Shown here in pieces: positions 56,191-64,000 of a stretch of DNA of 64,000 nt (the first letter of the stretch is position 1; each line of letters starts with the position of its first letter). Source of the DNA: Cyanophora paradoxa CCMP329 (lineage: Eukaryota > Plantae > Glaucophyta); NCBI GenBank assembly GCA_004431415.1, contig QPMI01000502.1, positions 186,001-250,000 of the forward strand, given 5' to 3'. The notes beneath the pieces are model-generated. The model did no database searches and was not told the DNA's origin. It worked only from the letters and a program-made list of their open reading frames with translations. Made by a program: the position numbers and the translations under genes.

Positions 56191-58482
56191 ATGGTGCGCC
56201 CCAGCGGGCTGGACGAGCTTTTAGCTTCTCGACTTCGCGAGCTCGTAAATGTTCAGAAGCTTCGCGTTCCAGCGATGCTGGTAGCTTTGCGGACGGATCC
56301 GGAGCAGCCCATTAAGCTGTCTCGGACGACACTGCGTTCCTACCTGCGGCAGTTAGGCTTGTCGACTTGGCATTGGGTTTCGAAATCCGAATTGGAGAAG
56401 CACGTGCGCGCAGCCTCGAGCTCGGAGCTTCGCGGCGGCAACTGCGGCAAATCTGTGTATGGGACGCTGCGTGCAGCGAATCACGGGAAGCTTTTCGCTG
56501 GACAAAAGCGCATCAAAAAAGCTCTAGCGAAAGTCGATCCAAAAGGGCGCGACCAGCGCCTCCTGCAGTTCGGCAAGCGGAGCCGGTGGGTGATTCCGCG
56601 CGCCCCCTACTTCGGTCCCTACGTCGGATGGAGCATGGGAATCGACCAGGCAAGCGTCTGTGGACGCGGTGCGCGCGGAATGTGAAGCATGAACTGATGT
56701 CGCGCGAACGCGCTCACACAGAATGAGAAGATGCTGACGTGGCTGGGCGTGTGGATTGAGAACGCCATCGACAACTCGTCCTCCATCGTCATGGCCACTC
56801 GAGTCTTCCAGTCGCGTTCTACAAAGCAGGGGCTTGAGATCTACTAGTGCGCATCCACCGCCCCATGGCCATTACAAACTGTTGCTCTTAAAATTAATAT
56901 TGATGCCCCATGGTCACTTGCAGTTCGGCACTCCGCAATTACGGGGTCCCCGAACAGCTCAGCTGCGATTCAGGGTGCGAGAACAGGCTTCTTCGTACCG
57001 CGCACGTGCGCCGCATGTCCAGTCGCACCCCCACACATTTCTGCAGTCTTACTTGAATTTTCACAGGCATATGTGATTGAGAAGACAAATGCAGCTCTCG
57101 ATCTACTGAATGCCGACCCAGCATGGGTTGCTGAGCACGGCATCATTCAGCCCATTGACCTTTCTGCTCAGCGAGCACAGTACAACCTACACTACGACAG
57201 GGAGCCCGTGTGGGAAGGGGAGTCCTTCCGAAACGTCGTCGCTGAGCGGTACTGGCGGTGCGGTCGCGGCGGCAGTCCCGCTTGGAAAATTAAACGTTTT
57301 AAAATACAAAAATGGCTATGGTAATGATTTAGATTATATGAGAATGCAACCTAAGACGGCGCTACGAAATCTGCAACGCTTGTGCAACGCAACGACCAAC
57401 CCTTGCAGCAACGCTTGAGCAACACTTGCGTTGCACTTTCGTTGCCAATTGCGTAGCACTTGCGTTGCACTTGCGTTGCACAATTACGTTGACATTTGCG
57501 TAACACTTGCGTTGCACTTGCGTTGCACAATTGCGCTGACAATTGCGTTACGACAGGCAACCAAACATGAACGCTGCAGCGCACCTCACTCGAGCTGCAG
57601 AGATGCTTTTCAAGATGGGCATGTACCGGATGTGCGGATCGAGCTGCGAAATTATCTGCAATGTAAATAGTGTTCAGAATCTCACATGCCACTGCGCAGG
57701 AACGACCCTCTGATGTACTTCTCCATGTCGAAAGCGGCCATCTTTCTGCTCGAATTCGGGCTTGAGCTTGAGCGGGTCAGCTGGAACGAGCATGTCAACA
57801 CAGGGAGCAAGGAGACGGGTCAAAGGGGCCGTCCCAACAAATGGTAGTTATAATTGAAATGCACATGTATAATTATGGTGCGCTTAAAACCGGCTAAATT
57901 TGGAATTCGCAGGCTCGAAAGGCCAGGTCTTAACCGCCTTCGGCCTCTGCTTATCCGTCTTCCATCGTACGAGGAGATGCTGGAGCTTCATTTCGAAAAG
58001 AACCCGAGATCCAAGATTGTGGGGACAGACTCGGATCCCCGCCTTCGGGATCCTGTTGCTCCGCAATTCAGGTGCGATAAATATTGAGAATAGCCGCAGT
58101 CTCTCCAGCTTGTATAATAAATCCGGTTTCTGACTGGTTCCATTCCCGATCCATGGCCAGGGCGACTCGAGATGCTTTTTTCGACGCATCGTTCCCAGAC
58201 AGGCAGGAGATGTGGAAGCGGGCGGTGAATTTTGGAAGAGATACTACAAAAGAAGATGCACCTGGAGTAGAGTACGCGCGGTCACCTCTATCGGGGCTGC
58301 CCCTGCTGTTTTGCACGCAGTTAACTTTGAATTCTGAATTGCTGTCAAGATCTAGATATCCAGATGCAGCAGAAGGATGGTTGGAGTGGATGGCAGCAGC
58401 TCCCGCGAACGACCTGGCAGCGCGCACTATGCGCGAACACGTGACCTATTTCTTTTTCAATGCATCAGCCTGGCAGTATTGA
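56191..58482 (+). CDS. IS3/IS481-like (IS3EU-type) DDE transposase, multi-exon
   Basis: Spliced: LSRTTLRSYLRQLGL (HTH-like), ALAKVDPKG..R, PYFGPYVGWSMGIDQ-NEKM (D1), AIDNSS, YGVPEQLSCDSGCEN (D2), SFRNVVAERYW (E) and SWNEH. Confidence 0.8.
57355..57555. repeat. 11-bp-period CACTTGCGTTG / CAACGC repeat cluster inside a transposase intron (related clusters at ~58720-58780 and ~60380-60560)
   Basis: Repeated cacttgcgttg preceded by inverted gcaacgc copies. Confidence 0.8.
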
Positions 58483-58853
58483 AGAATCTCATGTATGAGT
58501 AAATTTAGTTCTAGTAGATCCGGTAGATCCAGATATAATGCACTAGTTCGAAATGCAGTGTACTTTGTAGTATACAACAAGAGAAATATCTGGACATGGA
58601 AGCGCATATACACCAGGGGCAGCACGTGGGGCACATGCATGGGCACATAGATAATACTAATCGCAGACCAAGGTCATTGCTGATGTCCTTCCATGGTCCT
58701 TAGAGGACATACATTTGTGTTACGCAATCCGCAACACATGCGTTGGGATTGCGTAACGCATGCGTTGCGGATGCGTTGTGTGCTAGGTTGGAGGTTTCAA
58801 CGCATGCTTAATGAAACGAAGCGGAAGCTTACATTTGTTATACAGGGATTTAG

Positions 58854-59235
58854 AATCTATGCGATAAGTTGGGTGCGCCGGGTGCGAGGCACGAGGTCTG
58901 CCTCGAGGTAATCAGGGGGGCCACATGAGGGGTTGGGCCTGCGGAACCGCTGCCTGTCACCCCATGGTGGGCCCCACGCCTGAATCGGGCAGTCGAGAAA
59001 CAATATGCTACAAACAAGGATCCATAATCTATAAGATGAGCTGGGGTCGCCGGGTACGAGGCACGAGGTCCGCCTCGAGGTAGCGGGGGGGGGCCACCTG
59101 AGGGGATGAGCCCACGGAACCGCGGCCTTTCACCCAAGGGCGGGCCTCGTGCCTGAATCGAAGCACTGCCAAAGAACAATTATTACACTGGGATTCAAAA
59201 TCTATGAGATGAGCCGGGGGCGCTGGGCGCCAGGA
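58854..59235. repeat. ~172-bp tandem repeat, about 2.2 copies
   Basis: aatctat..gat at 58854, 59026 and 59199; cgaggcacgaggtc.gcctcgaggta is repeated. Confidence 0.85.
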
Positions 59236-59599
59236 GGATGGCCAGAGCAAGACGAGGGTGCCATGTGCCACCCACAGCAGGTTCCATTGTAAACTGAATA
59301 TCTTTGGATAGAAAGTAGTTATATTCTGTCGGAGGGTATCATGAGAACGGCAATAAAAAGAGCTTTCAGGATATATAAAAAAGTTGGGACTCGCAAATTA
59401 ATCTATCCCGGAAAAGGCCGCCGAAACGTCTGACGAGCTCACAAACCTGAAAACTAAACCTCACCCGAAACTGTCATCATGAAAACTGACCAACGTGGTT
59501 GACTTCAGTACCACTGTTGAACATAATGTATATTGCATTAAAGGCTTAAACATGCCTCATTTGTCACTCATAGACCAGCTCGGGTTTGGCACCGTCCGT

Positions 59600-62135
59600 G
59601 AATGCAACCTTTGCAGAATCAATTAGCACATATATAGGGTATATAAATAAATACATTATGAAAGCACGTTGGTCGGCTTGTCAAAGACAACTGTCGAGAT
59701 GTCGACACCATCACACTCTGTGAATTTCTGCAGGTCGACAAAGATGTGTTGGGAGTCGCCAGTATAATTGAGCCATTCCGATATATCTGATTCCAGTCAA
59801 GGACCGAGAACGCATGCAAAACGCATTGGAAAACATCTCTAATACCGGATTTGGAGCATGTTGTCATAGTCAGCTGTGCTCCCCACACCACTCCGTCTGC
59901 TCGTGTCTTCTTCTTGACGTTCTTCGGTGTGTAGTTGGGGGCGTAAATCGCCGCGATGGCCACAGCTCCAAGAACTCTTGACAGTTCCAGCACGCGGAGC
60001 TCGTCTGTGATTTTCTCTGCACCAATAATATTCAGATGAGGAGAATTCCGTTCCTTCTAGTAAGCGGGCGGATACCAATGACAAAATCGAGGATCTCTCC
60101 GTCATTCTTCGACTCATACCCAGTCACATTGACACAGAACGACGTCTCAGGAGCCGACGTCAAAGCGAATCGAAGCATGGATGCTCCGGAATGAGTCCTG
60201 TCCGCCTTCCCGAACTTCTCGCTGGCTTCGTTCTGCATCTTGATGATGGCCTGCTTTGCGGCGAGCGTGCAGATGATAATCGTTTTCTGTTTTGCAGCAA
60301 TTTTTGATCCCCATGCAGACCAGGTGCAGACGCATACATAGCGCACCTGCTGCGGGCCCTTACCCGCCTCATTCTCGAACGCTACGTTGCGGAGGTCCCG
60401 CAGCGTCGCGTTCTACGCGAGCGGAACGCAAGCGCAACGCAAGGTCAACGCAAGCGTAATGCAAGGTGTAACACAATTCCAACGCTTGCGTTGGAGCTCA
60501 TGTGTTACACACTTGCAATGCATGCGTTGCGCATGCGTTGGAATACAGAATTATGTGTTGAGACGCACCGGTTCGAAAAAGTCGACGTACTTATGTGGCT
60601 TGTTATCGATTTTCTTGCGCTCGATCCAGCCGGCAACAAGAGTTTGAAGCTTGCCACCTCCCAGCAAGAAATCTGGGGCTTCGATTAACATGCAATCGCT
60701 TGATCTTCGCTTGCATGCCCTGCACCTGGATACGACGGTTCTCCAGGCTGCAGAGGCTTCGAGCATGCGTCCCGATGGTTTGAGAACCGGATACTGATCG
60801 TGTTCACAATTGTGCCCATAAATTGCGGCCCGTAGACCAGGGACTCGTTGTCTACTGTCGAAACTGCGATTGTTTAATTTCGATTGATCATGAGGAGCTC
60901 AAGAGAGGGAACTGCAGCTCACTAAAAATTCGACTTTACGCACCCTGGATAGCTGGAGAGAGCTTCATCGAGAGTGGATCGTGTCGTTCGATCCCATTTG
61001 CATCCAGGAAACCCCAGGCGACGCTCTTTACTTGGGCTCCGCTGCCGAAGCTGTCTGATTTCGACTGAGTGCCTCCCCTCTGGGACATTGGGGCAGGGGG
61101 GACCGTAGCTCCCCGTGCAGGAGCCTGCGATGGAGGGGGCCCGCGTTACTGGAAGCGTGGCGTAGCACACACGTTCAGCACCTCGGTGAAGGGGTTGGTG
61201 TTGGACGGGCTCGAGCCCCCCCCACCGCCACCTAGGCTGGCCGCCAGCTCCCGCAGCTGCTCCATCGTCATCGGGGCTCCCGGGTCCCTCAACGCGTTGA
61301 TCCGATTGAGGATCGCCCCCATCCCGTAGTTCACGCCAGTTCCACCTGGCGTGCGCACACATCCGATGATCAGATCTAAAGCAGCGCTTAAGCTTTCGGA
61401 AGTCACTCGGTGCGACTTGCCTGACCCGGCGTGAGTGCGCAAGTTCTTGAGCATGTCCACGAGTTCGGGCGTAATGCCGGATGCCCCAGCAGCAGCGGCC
61501 GCGGCCGCAGCTGGAGGTGGCGGCGAGGCATGTGCATTCGCCCCGCCAGCAGCTGTCTGCGACGCGCTCACATTAGCTCGGTAAAGGACTTGGTCGCCGA
61601 TCCGCGCCGAGCCGAGGGGTCGCGCGCGGAGCGCGCGACCCCGAGGGGAGGTCAATCAACGTTAACGTTGAAGGCATCAAGGCATCTTCGAATTGACTCT
61701 GAAGCTCGCGATGGGCGGCGCGCGGTGCGGCTCGCCGGGCGGGGCGGAGGCGCGGCAGCGATCGGCCGCCCGCGGCTATATGTATGGGGCCGGCGACCTG
61801 CGCTGCGCCCGCGCAGATGATCGTCGGTCGTGTGAGTGCACGCCCGCGTCGCGGCCGTGGGCGTCGCGGCCGCACAGATGCTTGGATTCCTGGCGAGGCG
61901 ACGTGCTTCTGAGCACTCGGGCGGCCCGGGGCCTCCCAACCCCCGCCGCAGCGGACTCCGCGCGCGCACGCGCCAGCTGGAGGAGGTATCTCTCGGCCGA
62001 GGAGCACAGGTCGCCGGCTGCGGCCGGCAATGCTGTGCGCCCGCCGGTTTTCACCCGGGCTCTCACGGGCTCCGGTTTCCGGCCCTCGCTGGGGTTAGTC
62101 GGCCTTGCTCTCTTAGTGCGCTTCTTCCCTGCCAA
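59600..62135 (-). CDS. Hypothetical multi-exon protein, convergent with the transposase (probable second gene of the element)
   Basis: Protein-like minus-strand segments (ITPELVDMLKNL...EQLRELAASL; YVCVCTWSAWGSK...FCVNVTGY; VLELSRVLGAVAIAAIYAPNY). No recognisable domain; both ends are uncertain. Confidence 0.45.
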
Positions 62136-62631
62136 ATTGAGGGCTATAGTTCAGGCTCAGCCACTTCGACCTCATCCTCGCTTATACATCGGTCCTCTCT
62201 GTAGGCGCCCTTGTCCTGAGGGGGGTTATAGTAGCTCTGCTCTGCTTCGGCTCTCTAGGCAGGTGTAGGCAGTGTTTCTAGGCAGGTATAGGCCCCTTTC
62301 TCCAGTACAATAGCTCCACCCGGTCCGATGTCCGAAAGGCTTGTTCCCGTAGGCTCATCTCTCGACTTGACACAGATGGACACTGCAGTCATATCCCTAG
62401 CCATTTGTCTCGGTGTGTGCGAATTCATTTGTTGGTAAGGGTCGCGCGCGGAGCGCGCGACCCCGAGGGGAGGTCAATCAACGTTAACGTTGAAGGCATC
62501 AAGGCATCTTCGTATTCAAGCTCGCGATCGCCGATCGCGAGTCGCGTATACGTACGAGTACTATAGCTAGCTTTCACTGCGTTCGCCCCCACTTGCCACC
62601 GGCAAGAGGGCACTTGTACCATATGGTATAC

Positions 62632-64000
62632 GTATGGCTGCCACGGCAGCCTTGCTTACAGCAAGCTAAGCACAACATGTCTTGTCATGAAGTGAAGGTC
62701 TAGATTCGCGCTTGCCAAAGCCGCGAAGCTAAGATCATGACTCGCTCGCTCACAAGAAGGGCAAGCTGCAACTGCGCTCGAGGACATCAGCTAGCGCACG
62801 CTGCAGAGTGAGTCTTGCGGACGTAGAATGATTGAACATTAGTGATCAATTGTTGATCAATTATTCATCAAAAGATATCAATGGTTGGCACTAACAATGG
62901 CTTAAAGATGACTGAAGGCATAGTAAACAATGGGCATTGCTAACACACATTGAAAGCGGCTAAGCAAAGCCGCTCGAGCGGCTAGGGAACAAGCCGCTCA
63001 GCAAGTTACACAGCTTGCCCTCGCTTGTGAGCGAGGGAGACAAGCGCCGACAGCACAGCAAAGGCGCACAACTGCGAAGCAAGACTCTAAGACTAGACAA
63101 TCAACTACTGCGCCGAGTACGCGCGACTTGCTGCCGACATGACTGCAGCGAAGCTGACGGGCCAGCGTAACGAGCACCAGGCCTAGCCATGAGCGCAGCC
63201 AAGGGCGGGCGCTCAGCAGAATCGATATAGCGTCGGTAGACCGCTGACAACAAAGACCAGCGACCAACCGCTTGAACAAGCTCTTCAGGCACGCCCGCAG
63301 CAGCCAGAGCAGTAGCTCCACCGCGACGCAAGCCATGAGGTGTGATACCAGTGGCGTCCAAGCCCGCCGCGTCAAATGCGAACCGGAGAACATAGGCCAC
63401 GGTCTGAGCTGACAGAGAACGAGCTGCGTCCCGAAGCTGCCCAAAAAGAGGTGCGCCCGGATCCGCGAGCGCTAGAGTCCGCAAGTAGGTTCGAAACCAG
63501 AACACCGGACAGATGACCGACTCTGGGACGGCGCCCAAGACAACTTGCGCGCCTTGGCGACGACGATCGGTCTTGGAACCGGCAATGAAGAGCACGACGC
63601 GATCCGCGCGGATGGACACATCTTGCCGCCGGAGTGCCACGATTTCGCCACGCCGCAACAGGCCAAAGAAACCGGTAAGCAACATCACAAGGGCGCGAAG
63701 GAGCTTGTTTGAGGGGAACGAGCGTAGGTACGAGCAATCGCCTCCAGGTGGACGGACGTGACCAATGCAGATTGCTTTGCTGGTTTTCCACAAAGTCGGG
63801 CGATTCCTTGCAATGTTTGCAGCACAAGGGGTGAGCAAATGCAGTAGTAGGCAACATCCTCTGCCTTGTCTGATGTAGCAGAGCAGAGTGACACTGGTCA
63901 ATTGCTGAGAGACCGTACTCTTCATCAGCAAGAGCCACCAGCAGTGTTGCGACGCCAGAAGCTGTTGGTGGCCAGGCTGGAATGCAGTGAACCGCGCAAT
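62632..64000 (-). mobile_element. Second DIRS-type element, 3' part, with a frameshifted tyrosine recombinase (63101-64000); runs off the window
   Basis: LLTGFFGLLRRGEI, SKTDR, VICPV, HGLRRGGAT, VGRW and YRRY, closely similar to ORF 36965-37987. The N-terminal part is split across three frames. The 3' terminal sequence is shared with 36490. Confidence 0.9.

Larger units (their letters stand above)
55531..62630. mobile_element. Putative IS3EU-like two-gene DNA transposon (boundaries tentative)
   Basis: A DDE transposase gene and a convergent second gene. Candidate 15-bp imperfect TIRs TATACCGTGTGACAC / GTACCATATGGTATA (11/15, all mismatches are transitions). No TSD visible; the DIRS terminus begins immediately to the right. 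Confidence 0.5.

Overview
This is a very GC-rich eukaryotic nuclear window with many short (about 55-90 nt) spliceosomal introns, so most long Arg/Gly/Pro/Ala ORFs in the track are artefacts. Three features point by inference to a glaucophyte alga such as Cyanophora: the phytochrome architecture, its tandem-Cys bilin pocket, and a Phe-containing N-terminal presequence. Five intron-rich host genes lie on the minus strand. (1) A PAS-GAF-PHY-PAS-HisKinase-REC phytochrome with CC in place of CH. (2) A MORN-repeat protein ending in a pseudokinase domain. (3) A probably plastid-targeted CxxC peroxiredoxin-like protein. (4) A multi-pass membrane protein with five PAS domains, four of them FixL-like, whose 3' end abuts a DIRS element. 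(5) An HMG-box factor. Between these genes are a decayed Ty3/Gypsy pol, a deleted Helitron-like Rep/PIF1 element, two DIRS-type tyrosine-recombinase retroelements, an intron-containing IS3EU-like DDE transposon with a convergent second gene, MITEs, a ~149-bp dimeric satellite and a ~7.4-kb palindrome with ~3.3-kb arms. The most striking signals are an intron grammar with frequent AG|GC donors and C-rich 5' / G-rich 3' halves, the multi-Cys phytochrome, the giant palindrome and the in-frame host-gene/RT junction. Exon boundaries were read by eye and are approximate.
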